Shown here: positions 15,501 to 24,008 of the stretch, piece after piece
Position numbering within the stretch: the stretch's first letter is position 1
Layout: each line of letters begins with the position of its first letter
IMG/VR virus record: IMGVR_UViG_3300031965_000385
Span: 1-27,989 of that record
Direction: 5' to 3' (one strand)
Source of the DNA: a virus
Lineage: Duplodnaviria; Caudoviricetes
Length of the DNA stretch: 27,989 bases
The notes under the pieces: generated by a model
What the model saw: the letters and a program-made list of their open reading frames with translations, nothing else
What the model was told of the DNA's origin: nothing
Databases searched by the model: none
Translations under genes and position numbers: made by a program

Positions 15501-16696
15501 CCCGAGTGCTGCCACTCCTGCTGCTATTGCCACTTGTGGTGAGCTATGCCGAACCACCCGCCTGCGCACAGCCCTACCCCGGCGAAGTCCGCGAGTACAC
15601 GGTCCACAAGCCGATTGTCGTGCATTCAAACGAGCGGCTAGAGCATTGCGTCCTCCATGTTGCTCAAGACTTCCAGGGCGGTCCCGTGGTGGTCACAGAC
15701 GGCCAGGCGGAAAACTGCTCTATCCAAAACGTCACGGTCTACGGCCGGCTTTCCGGCAACGACCCGAAGCGGGATGCCGTAGGACTGGCCTCGATTGAAA
15801 CCGCCTATCAACTCGACATTGCCGGCTCAACGGTGCGGGACTGCCAGGCCAGAAACATTCAGGGGACCGGATTTCACATCAAACGTACCTCCTCGCTGAG
15901 CAACCGTGGCAACGACCTTGCGAACCTGGAAGTGTCCAACGCGCTCAGAGGCATCGTATTGGCGTGTGGCGACGGCGTTTGCACAGGCGACATTGCGGCG
16001 GGCAACATTCGGGACAACGGGATTGAAGTCTTGAGCCCGATGGTTTTCGAAAACTTGCATACTTGGAACTGTGGCGGCATCGGCGGGAAGCTCGACAAAC
16101 TTTGTACAGTTGGCGGCCAGCTCTACATCGACGATTACCACGGCAAGGGCGGCTGGGAGGTGAACGCGGCCGGTTGCTACTTCGCCTACGTGCGCATCAA
16201 AGGATACTGGGGCGACGGGACTAGAGCAAAATCGGCCGGCTTGATGCTCCCCGAATTGACGACTGTCGGCTACGTCCAAATCGACACGAGGGCCAGCCCG
16301 TTGTCGGCCGACGGAACACGACCGCGAGAACATACAGGCGTGTGGGCCAGTGGCGCGGGCACAAGGATTCTGGCAGCCCGCGTCCTGTACGCCCGCGACG
16401 GGACGCCCGCATTCAAAATCACCTCGCGGATCGCCCTCCACATGCTGAGCGGCTACACGCCAACGCCCGATTCCAAAGACCCCGGCTGGGGCGTCGTGTT
16501 CGTTGCCACGAACGGCCACGACAACACGCTCACCGGCGACTTCGGGAATCTACGTGCGGCCGATATGACCCGCGTTAAGGGATTGCAGCGGAACCGGGTG
16601 GACATCAAAACCGCTGTTGAGAACCCAATCGGTATGCCCGACAAGATGCGGGATAACCGGATTACGGTCAACGGTCAGGGGATGGAGGAGCCATGA
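15497..16696 (+). CDS. Exported right-handed beta-helix (pectin-lyase-like) protein, 399 aa
   Basis: Signal peptide MTRVLPLLLLLPLVVSYA; repeated beta-helix-type segments (ENCSIQNVTV, NIQGTGFHI, NIRDNGIEV). Confidence 0.7.
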   Translation: MTRVLPLLLLLPLVVSYAEPPACAQPYPGEVREYTVHKPIVVHSNERLEHCVLHVAQDFQGGPVVVTDGQAENCSIQNVTVYGRLSGNDPKRDAVGLASIETAYQLDIAGSTVRDCQARNIQGTGFHIKRTSSLSNRGNDLANLEVSNALRGIVLACGDGVCTGDIAAGNIRDNGIEVLSPMVFENLHTWNCGGIGGKLDKLCTVGGQLYIDDYHGKGGWEVNAAGCYFAYVRIKGYWGDGTRAKSAGLMLPELTTVGYVQIDTRASPLSADGTRPREHTGVWASGAGTRILAARVLYARDGTPAFKITSRIALHMLSGYTPTPDSKDPGWGVVFVATNGHDNTLTGDFGNLRAADMTRVKGLQRNRVDIKTAVENPIGMPDKMRDNRITVNGQGMEEP

Positions 16697-17382
16697 GCTT
16701 GGTCTGTGACGGCACGAGCAACTACCTAATCAACGGGACGTTCCCGCTGAGTGGGCCGCCGTTCAGTTACGGCGTGTGGGCAAAACCGTCGCAGGTGTCG
16801 GCCTTCTCGCCGATGTTTACGTTTTCAGCGGGTAGCGGCACGACCGATTTTTGGCAGTTGTTCCAGGCGACGACGACGGCGCTCGCTTCGCACCGGGCGC
16901 GTGACACGTCCGATGCGTTGGCCACGGCCGCCGCGTTGACGCAAGACGTGTGGCAACTGATCGGCGCGAACGAAGTGTTGAGTACGAGCCGCTTTACCTA
17001 CCTGGACGGCACGGCTGGCACGGAGAACACCACGGACCGGACGCCCGATGCTGTGGACGGCACGCGGCTTGGCGCCTCGGCGGGCACGGCGGCCACGACG
17101 GCTACGTTCGTGGGGAAGTTGGGCTATCCTTTCGCGTACAACTTTGCGTTGTCCGACGCACAGTGGTTACAACTCGCCGGCGGGTTGCCGCCCAATGCGC
17201 TGTCGCTGACCGGCGAAGAAGCACTGGTGGTTTACCAGCCGTGCGTGGCGGCGAAAAACGAGTCGGGCTCGGTGCTCACAATGTCGGACCAGGGCACGCC
17301 GGTATTCGACGCGGCCGACAATCCGCCGATTATTTTAGTGCCCGTGAAGATTGGGCTCTATCGCAGGGGAAGGGCAGCATGA
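16693..17382 (+). CDS. LamG/concanavalin-A-like domain virion-associated protein, 229 aa
   Basis: CDGTSNYL, FSYGVWAKP, DVWQLIG, YLDG, FVGKL....YN.ALSDAQ. Confidence 0.75.
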   Translation: MSLVCDGTSNYLINGTFPLSGPPFSYGVWAKPSQVSAFSPMFTFSAGSGTTDFWQLFQATTTALASHRARDTSDALATAAALTQDVWQLIGANEVLSTSRFTYLDGTAGTENTTDRTPDAVDGTRLGASAGTAATTATFVGKLGYPFAYNFALSDAQWLQLAGGLPPNALSLTGEEALVVYQPCVAAKNESGSVLTMSDQGTPVFDAADNPPIILVPVKIGLYRRGRAA

Positions 17383-19292
17383 ATTTCCTTAAACAATCCA
17401 CCGCCGTCACGGTTCCAATCGGCCCGTTTGTTGATGCGACGGACGGTGTGACGCTGGAAGATGGCCTCACTATCCAGAAGGCCGACGTGCTGCTCAACAA
17501 AAACGGGGCTGGCTACGCGGCGGCCAGCGCGGACCAGGGCACATCGGACGCCGGCGCGCCTTACGACGTCAACGGCGACTACCTGATCGACCTGGACGCG
17601 ACCGATACGGCGACACTGGGGCGACTCAAGCTGTCGATCATCGATGCGGGTGCGGTCCCGGTGTGGGAGACGTATGAGGTTATTTCCGCCCGCAAGTGGA
17701 ATGAGCTGCAAGGCATCGTATACAACGAACGCGGCGGGCGGATTTGGTATGTCGCAGCCTCGGGTGGCGACGACGGCAATGTTGGCACCAAAGATTCCCC
17801 GCTGGCGACAGCGGCTGAGGCGATTACGCGGTCACAATTCGGTGACACTATCCTGCCTCTGGCCGGCGACTATACGGAGGAGATTTCGCTTGTCTCTAAC
17901 CCAGGCATCACGCTGGAAGGCGAGGGTGATTCAACGCACATTACGACGAGCGCCGCGACGCCGTCGATACAACTCGGCCATCACTGTACAGTGCGAAAAC
18001 TGAAGGTTACGAACAGCAACGCATCTGGCTATGGAGTCTACGCCACAGGTAAACGCCATGTGACGTTAGAAGAGTGCCTAGTGACCGCGGATTGGGCGCC
18101 GATTTGGTTTTCCGGCGCATCGAGCGACGTAAAGGTGCTCGGCGTGCGGGCCGTATCGAAGAAGGAGGGGGTCGAGTTTGACGGCGACGTGCAGGCGATT
18201 GTCGACAACTGCTATTTTTCCAATTCGGGCGACATTGGTGATGTCGGATCGGGTGATGCTAAGTCTCTGTTCATTAATAATGCGGGCGACAATTCTGGCC
18301 ACGTTTATGTGCGAAATACCACGCTCAATACGGCAACCACCATCCAGCGGACCAACGCGACTTGTGCGGTGTTGGTAACGGCCGGATCGCTCACGCTGGA
18401 GAGTTGTACGTTGCGGGCGTCCGTCACTGAGGGCACAAGCACGGGCGATACGCGCGTGATTCAGGTGACGAGCACTGGCACGACGCCGCTGGTGGCTGTC
18501 ACGAACTGCAAGTTTATCGAGGCCAACGCTGGGTCAGGCACGCGAGAAGATATCTTTTTTTCTGGCACTGCCGGGCTAGTAGTAGCTGCGGGTTGCACAC
18601 TCGACACGAGCAAGGTGAGCGACTTGACTTATTTGCGTTTTGTCGACAAAGACGCAAAGGACACACGGACGGATGCGGCGGCGATCCTAGTGGACACTGC
18701 CGAACTACAAACCGACTGGGAGGACGGCGGCCGGTTGGATTTGTTAGTAGACGCCACCTTGGCCGACACGGCGGACATGCAACCGAAGATCGGCACGCCG
18801 GCAGCTGACCTGGCTGCGGACATTGCGGCACTGCCAGACGCCGCCGCTGTCGAAGCCGCTGCCGATGCGGCACTGACGGCCTTCGACGCGGTGACAAGCG
18901 CCGAACTGGCTGCACTGAACGTGTCCGGCCCGTTTGCCAACACTAAGCCGGCGGATGCTTTTATTTTCGAGGTCAGCCGCCGAGCGGACGGCACCACAGG
19001 CTCCAACCGCCCGTGTTATCTACGGTCAGGGCTAGAGCAGGTGGTCGTTGCAATCAAGATGGACCGATTGGTCGGAGACACATGGCTGGCTGGGGTGAGC
19101 GATAGCGCAGCCAGCGCTGGTACAACCGGCACACTTGCGATCAACAACGCCGCAGTCAACAGGACATGGGTCTTGATCGAACTTGACACGACGGCCGCCG
19201 TCGACGGCGAGGATCATACACTCACCGCTGCGGTTGCGCCTGTGATTGGCCAAGTACTGGAGATCGAACTGCCCGTCAAGATCAGGGACTGA
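17379..19292 (+). CDS. Putative virion structural protein with central beta-helix region, 637 aa
   Basis: Start MNFLKQSTAVTVPIGPFVDATDG; WYVA..GDDGN.GT.DSPLAT..AI...GDTI..AGDYTE beta-helix cap; Ala/Asp-rich helical stalk near the C-terminus. Confidence 0.75.
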   Translation: MNFLKQSTAVTVPIGPFVDATDGVTLEDGLTIQKADVLLNKNGAGYAAASADQGTSDAGAPYDVNGDYLIDLDATDTATLGRLKLSIIDAGAVPVWETYEVISARKWNELQGIVYNERGGRIWYVAASGGDDGNVGTKDSPLATAAEAITRSQFGDTILPLAGDYTEEISLVSNPGITLEGEGDSTHITTSAATPSIQLGHHCTVRKLKVTNSNASGYGVYATGKRHVTLEECLVTADWAPIWFSGASSDVKVLGVRAVSKKEGVEFDGDVQAIVDNCYFSNSGDIGDVGSGDAKSLFINNAGDNSGHVYVRNTTLNTATTIQRTNATCAVLVTAGSLTLESCTLRASVTEGTSTGDTRVIQVTSTGTTPLVAVTNCKFIEANAGSGTREDIFFSGTAGLVVAAGCTLDTSKVSDLTYLRFVDKDAKDTRTDAAAILVDTAELQTDWEDGGRLDLLVDATLADTADMQPKIGTPAADLAADIAALPDAAAVEAAADAALTAFDAVTSAELAALNVSGPFANTKPADAFIFEVSRRADGTTGSNRPCYLRSGLEQVVVAIKMDRLVGDTWLAGVSDSAASAGTTGTLAINNAAVNRTWVLIELDTTAAVDGEDHTLTAAVAPVIGQVLEIELPVKIRD

Positions 19293-19376
19293 CGACGGAA
19301 TCCGGCAGTGTTTCAAATTGAGAATAAGGACTTACGTCAAATGTCCAGGTGTTTACTAGTAGCGTATCAATATGAG

Positions 19377-19453
19377 AAACACTAGAAAACAAGGTGTGTT
19401 TTGATTCTCGTCTCACAGTGAGACATCAAAAAGTGCCTTGTTTTATAGGGTTT
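19377..19453. repeat. 77-bp nested imperfect inverted repeat
   Basis: AAACACTAGAAAACAAGG (19377-19394) vs CCTTGTTTTATAGGGTTT (19436-19453), 16/18; TTTTGAT/ATCAAAA; core GTCTCAC-A-GTGAGAC (19410-19424). Confidence 0.85.
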
Positions 19454-19461
19454 GCCCCCTT

Positions 19462-19507
19462 GGGTCCTTCCCCCAACTCTAGTGCGGCGTGTGCCACGCT
19501 CATCGAG
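19462..19507 (+). other. Putative cos packaging site (cosQ-like heptamer plus candidate cosN)
   Basis: GGGTCCT (19462-19468) equals lambda cosQ; 18 nt later a GCGTG-TGC-CACGC dyad (19487-19499); directly upstream of the terminase gene. Confidence 0.6.
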
Positions 19508-19539
19508 GGTGTACTTAAGAAAGTCCGGCTAGTTTGATT

Positions 19540-21654
19540 ATGGTTACAGATACGAGCACACGGGTTAGCGATGCTGAGCGGAAGCGACTACAGCGAGCCA
19601 CCGAACGCGACCTACGCATCAGCAAAGTGGCCGATCCAATTCGGCGGCGCGACTGCTTGGCCGATCCGTACCAGTTTTTGCCAGTCTACTTTGGCGGAAT
19701 TTTCACTCAAGAATTTACGACAACTCGTCGGGAAATGGTTGACGGGATTCGGCACGCGGCGCAGTACGGCGGGGACCAAGCAATTGCCGGCCCGCGTGGT
19801 GACGGGAAGACGCGCTCAGCATTATTTGTCGGCCTGGAATTGATGCTGGCGCAGTTGATCCGTTTCCCGTTGATTATCTCAAAAAGCGGTCCGCGTGCAT
19901 CTCGTGAGTTACGGAATCTCAAGGATGCTATTCGCGCCAGCCCTTTATTGCGCGCCGACTTCCCCGAGGTGGTCGAGCCGTTCTTAGCGTTGGGTGGTTG
20001 GTCTAGCCGGGCCCGCCAGCAAACCGCTTTCGGTGAATACACGAATTTGGAATGGGGTGTAGAATGCGTGATCTTTCCGACGATCACCAGCGAGACGCTG
20101 TGGCTCGGCGGCTGGACGGGTGGAATTGAATCGGCTGCGCGTGGGCAGATATTTGCCTCACTTGGTATCGAGGGACCGATTCGTGGTTTTTGCATTCGGA
20201 ACGAGCGACCAGACTTGGCAATTCTTGATGACATCGACGATCGAGAAAGCGCGCGTAGCGAGCTGCAGACTGACACTCGGGTTCACATTATCGAGGAAGA
20301 CGTAGGCGGTTTAGCTGGGCCCGACAAGACGATCGCCCGCGTGATGCTCTGCACGAAGATCAACGGGAAGTGTGTGGCGGCTACATTCACCGACCGTAAG
20401 CAGAAGCCCAGTTGGCGCGGTCAGACTCACAAGCTCTTGTCGGCCATGCCGGAGCGCATGGACTTATGGGAGGAATATATCGGTATGCGGCAAGGCCGCG
20501 GGGAAGATGACTCCGACGCTCGCAAGGCACACGAGCTTTATCTGGAGAACCGCGAAGCGATGGACGCTGGGGCGGTTGTCACCAACCCATTCCGATACGA
20601 TGCCCGTCCGCTGGCCGACGGCGAGCCTGGCCAAGAGTCGGCGCTGCAGGCGTGTTTCGACCTGATCGCGGATCGCGGCTGGGAGCACTTCAATACGGAG
20701 TACCAGAACGACCCGCCAGAAGAAGACGGACCGATTGAGTCCGGTATCACGGCTGAGAAAATCCAACGCCGCTTGAGCGGCTACCCGCGGGCGATGGTTC
20801 CGCCCGGTTGCAATATCCTCACGCACGGCATCGACGTGCAGCAGCGCGGTTTGCATTGGGTCGTCAAAGCGTGGCGGTCGGACGCGACGAACTACGTTAT
20901 CGACTACGGCTTCTCGGACAGCTACGCCTCTTCATACGAAAAGGATCAAGAGGGCGTCGAGTTGGCCATTTACCGCACGGTTCTCTCGCGGATGGATGAG
21001 TTGAAAGGCAATCCTTACAGGACGACTGACGATGAGCCTGTCCCCGTGAGGCTGACGCTGGTTGACTCTGGTTGGCTAACCAACGCGATCTACACAGCCT
21101 GCCTGAAAATCGGACTTGGTATCTATCCGGCTAAGGGGCGTGGCAAGAGCCAAGGCTGCGTCGGTCCTACTTTCTCGCCGGCCCTCAAGAAAACGCCGAC
21201 CTGCAAGCCGGGCGACGGCATTAGCTGGCGGCTGGACAAACAAGAGAAAGGCGTGTGGCTCGCAAACTGCGCGGCCGACCATTGGAAGTCGTTTGAGCAT
21301 GCGCGGTGGTTGACTTCGGAGGGCAAGCCGGGCGCGGCCTATCTGTTCGGACAGGTGGGAGACGAGGAGCGCAAGTACCTCGACAAGCGATTACCACACG
21401 ACGCGAAAGAGCACTTCGCCTTCGCGCGTCACCTTACGGCTGAGATTGAGTGTGAAGACATCGTGCGTGGTGTGCTGCGCAGAATCTGGAAGGTAAAGAC
21501 TGGCCGCGTGCAGAACCACTACCTGGACGCCAGCTACATGGCGGACGTGGCCGCGGCGATGTTAGGTATTCGACTATTAAAGAATCCAGGGGCCAGGCCG
21601 CTTGTGCGTGCGCGGCGCCCTGCACAACCCGTAGAGGAAGTAGGAGCAAGATGA
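19540..21654 (+). CDS. Terminase large subunit with GpA-like C-terminal nuclease, 704 aa
   Basis: Walker A AGPRGDGKT, Walker B LAILDDIDD, EYQNDP, nuclease motifs HGIDVQ, LVDSG, PAKG, NHYLD. Confidence 0.93.
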   Translation: MVTDTSTRVSDAERKRLQRATERDLRISKVADPIRRRDCLADPYQFLPVYFGGIFTQEFTTTRREMVDGIRHAAQYGGDQAIAGPRGDGKTRSALFVGLELMLAQLIRFPLIISKSGPRASRELRNLKDAIRASPLLRADFPEVVEPFLALGGWSSRARQQTAFGEYTNLEWGVECVIFPTITSETLWLGGWTGGIESAARGQIFASLGIEGPIRGFCIRNERPDLAILDDIDDRESARSELQTDTRVHIIEEDVGGLAGPDKTIARVMLCTKINGKCVAATFTDRKQKPSWRGQTHKLLSAMPERMDLWEEYIGMRQGRGEDDSDARKAHELYLENREAMDAGAVVTNPFRYDARPLADGEPGQESALQACFDLIADRGWEHFNTEYQNDPPEEDGPIESGITAEKIQRRLSGYPRAMVPPGCNILTHGIDVQQRGLHWVVKAWRSDATNYVIDYGFSDSYASSYEKDQEGVELAIYRTVLSRMDELKGNPYRTTDDEPVPVRLTLVDSGWLTNAIYTACLKIGLGIYPAKGRGKSQGCVGPTFSPALKKTPTCKPGDGISWRLDKQEKGVWLANCAADHWKSFEHARWLTSEGKPGAAYLFGQVGDEERKYLDKRLPHDAKEHFAFARHLTAEIECEDIVRGVLRRIWKVKTGRVQNHYLDASYMADVAAAMLGIRLLKNPGARPLVRARRPAQPVEEVGAR

Positions 21655-22079
21655 TCGACGAAATGGATAATTCACTAGACGATAACCTGCCCGTGCAGGA
21701 TTATCCGAGCGACGATAACGACGGCGTGCCTTATTGTCAGAAACATCATTGCCGGATGGCTCAGGCTAGCGGAGGTAAGAAGAGCGAACGCATTAGGCGA
21801 TTCGCATGCCCAGTGCCGAAGTGCGAGGAAACCGCCAAGAAAATCAAAACAAAATACCTGCAGGTAGTTCCGACGAATCCGATTTGCTGTTCTCGGTGTA
21901 GTAATAACGATAAGCCAGTGTATTGCGAACGCGATGACGCTAGCTCCTCCGCTGCCCAAGTGGTTTTGAAATGCCCCAGTTGTGGGTGGAAGTCCAATAC
22001 GCTGGTGGTTCCACAACTTGCTGCCGCGCAGTTTGCTCACCGACAGACCGTGCCAACTGAGAACGTCGGCGACCGCTAG
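21651..22079 (+). CDS. Double zinc-ribbon protein, 142 aa
   Basis: CQKH, CPVPKC, CSRC, CPSCGW; SD TAGGAG, ATGA overlap with terminase. Confidence 0.75.
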   Translation: MIDEMDNSLDDNLPVQDYPSDDNDGVPYCQKHHCRMAQASGGKKSERIRRFACPVPKCEETAKKIKTKYLQVVPTNPICCSRCSNNDKPVYCERDDASSSAAQVVLKCPSCGWKSNTLVVPQLAAAQFAHRQTVPTENVGDR

Positions 22080-22096
22080 GTTACTAAATTAGTAAC
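22080..22096. promoter_or_regulatory. Perfect 8-1-8 AT-rich palindrome, operator candidate
   Basis: GTTACTAA-A-TTAGTAAC. Confidence 0.5.
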
Positions 22097-22109
22097 TTGG
22101 ATATACCGC

Positions 22110-22137
22110 AAGCCTACGGAAAAACCGTAGGCTTTTT
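22110..22137 (+). terminator. Terminator-like hairpin immediately before the gpW-like start
   Basis: AAGCCTACGG-AAAAA-CCGTAGGCTT followed by TTT. Confidence 0.65.
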
Positions 22138-22139
22138 CT

Positions 22140-22352
22140 ATGGCCGCAACCGACCAGCAGATCGTTGACGCCGCGCGAGATTCGCTGCTGCGGATTCTGG
22201 AGACGGATACGACGGAATGGTCGGAGGGCGAGCGGCGGCAGCAGCAGCTAGAAATTGATCGACTGGAAGCTGTCATTACGAAGTTTGAAGCGAAGGCTGG
22301 CCGCTCCGCAGGTCGGCGCATCTTCTCACCAATGACTAGGGTTGACGGATAG
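22140..22352 (+). CDS. gpW-like head completion protein, 70 aa
   Basis: Helix-hairpin-helix size and pattern, located between terminase and portal as in lambda. Confidence 0.7.
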   Translation: MAATDQQIVDAARDSLLRILETDTTEWSEGERRQQQLEIDRLEAVITKFEAKAGRSAGRRIFSPMTRVDG

Positions 22353-24008
22353 ATGTTTGGATGGCTGAAAGAACAATTTGCAAGCAAGCCGAAGCCCGGC
22401 TCTCGTGGCTATGCCCGCACGATTCTTGCTCAATCGTTTGAAGCCTATAAACTCGCCCGACGCGATCGACCCAGCGAACACTTCCAGCCGCATGGTTACA
22501 GCGGTGACTCGGCGATCATCGGTTCGCATGATCTTATGCATCGGCGGACTCGCGATCTAATCCGCAACACTGCGCAGGGCAAGCGGATCATCAGCTCCCT
22601 CGTTGATCTTGTCGTCGGCACCGGTATGCAGACCTACGCCTGGCCGTTCGCGCCGTCGGAAATGCTCCAGATCGCCACTGAACTTGAGTCGCTGCAGGCC
22701 GGCGAGTTGGGCCCGCGGCTGACATTTGCTCTTGAGTCTGACGACTTGTTTGAGGAGTGGTCTACCGATCCAGGTCAATTCGATGTTGAGGGACGGCTGT
22801 CGTGGCCAGAAGTGCAGCGCATGCTTATGGCCGAGTCGGCGTCGGTTGGCAACGGCCTATTGGTTCGCAGCTTCCGTCGCAACTACAGCTTAGTCCCGCT
22901 GGCTTATCAAATCATCGAACGCGAGCAACTCGACGCTTCGCAGGACCGCCCGGCCAGTAAGGGTAAAAGCCGAATCGTCGGAGGCGTGGAGTTGGACGGC
23001 GACAATCGAACAGTGGCCTATCACATTTACCTAGATCACCCGCACGATTTCTTTGGCATCGTGCAGTCTGGCCTGCAGGGTGTCGGGGCTGGCCTGGCGG
23101 CTGGTAGCAACCGGATGCGGATTCCAGCCGAGCGCGTAATCGATTTGGCGATCTTTCACCGGCCTAGCGCTTCGCTCGGCGTGTCGTGGCTCGACGCTTG
23201 TGGCCAATCAATCTGGGATCGCGATTCTTATATGGACAGCGAGATTCGTTCGGCTGCGGTCGACGCGGTATTCGCCGTGGCCGCGTACCTGAACGACGTT
23301 GAGTCGCAAGGCCCGCTGGGCTTTGCCGACGGGCTCGACGATTCGGACGAGCACGGCAATCGCACCTATAAAGTCGGTCACTCCCCCGTAGCTGCGACAT
23401 TCGCATCGGATGAGAGGTTTGAGATGATTCGCCAGACACGGCCAAACGCTGAGGCGCATTCGTTCATCAAACTCTTAGACCGCGACATCGCCGCCGCTTC
23501 GGGCGTCAGTTACTACACCACGACTGGTGACTATGAGGGAACGAATTTCTCATCGACACGCGGGGCTAAGCTCGACGAGGATTTACACATTAAGCCGCTG
23601 CAGCACTGGTTTGCCACACATGCTGCATTGCGTGTTCGGAAAGACTTCAACGCGATGGCGGCTGCGGGTGGGCTGTTCCAGTCTCTTTCGCCGGCAGAGT
23701 TTCGTCGCAGTCGGCGAACCTATCAGCGGTTCGATGCGATCGGAAACGGCCGCGAGTTGTTGGACCCGTTCAAGGAGGGTGAAGCGCGCACAACTCGGCT
23801 GCGGACTGGGCTAAGCACGTACAAGGAAGAGTGTGCCAGAACAGGCAAGCATTGGATTCGTGTGCTGATGCAGATTGCCTTGGAGCGGAAGGTCACCACG
23901 ATGTTCGGCGTAACGCTCGATTTCAGCAAGAGCGGTGCCAGCGAAACGGAGGACAAGGAGGATAAGGAAGAGCCTGCGGAAGAGAAGGATACCAGCAATG
24001 CCGCGTAG
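22353..24008 (+). CDS. Portal protein, lambda family, 551 aa
   Basis: RTRDLIRN, VVGTG, DVEGRL, IVGGVELD...AYHI..HP, TGDYEGTNFSSTR, LDPFKE. Confidence 0.95.
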   Translation: MFGWLKEQFASKPKPGSRGYARTILAQSFEAYKLARRDRPSEHFQPHGYSGDSAIIGSHDLMHRRTRDLIRNTAQGKRIISSLVDLVVGTGMQTYAWPFAPSEMLQIATELESLQAGELGPRLTFALESDDLFEEWSTDPGQFDVEGRLSWPEVQRMLMAESASVGNGLLVRSFRRNYSLVPLAYQIIEREQLDASQDRPASKGKSRIVGGVELDGDNRTVAYHIYLDHPHDFFGIVQSGLQGVGAGLAAGSNRMRIPAERVIDLAIFHRPSASLGVSWLDACGQSIWDRDSYMDSEIRSAAVDAVFAVAAYLNDVESQGPLGFADGLDDSDEHGNRTYKVGHSPVAATFASDERFEMIRQTRPNAEAHSFIKLLDRDIAAASGVSYYTTTGDYEGTNFSSTRGAKLDEDLHIKPLQHWFATHAALRVRKDFNAMAAAGGLFQSLSPAEFRRSRRTYQRFDAIGNGRELLDPFKEGEARTTRLRTGLSTYKEECARTGKHWIRVLMQIALERKVTTMFGVTLDFSKSGASETEDKEDKEEPAEEKDTSNAA

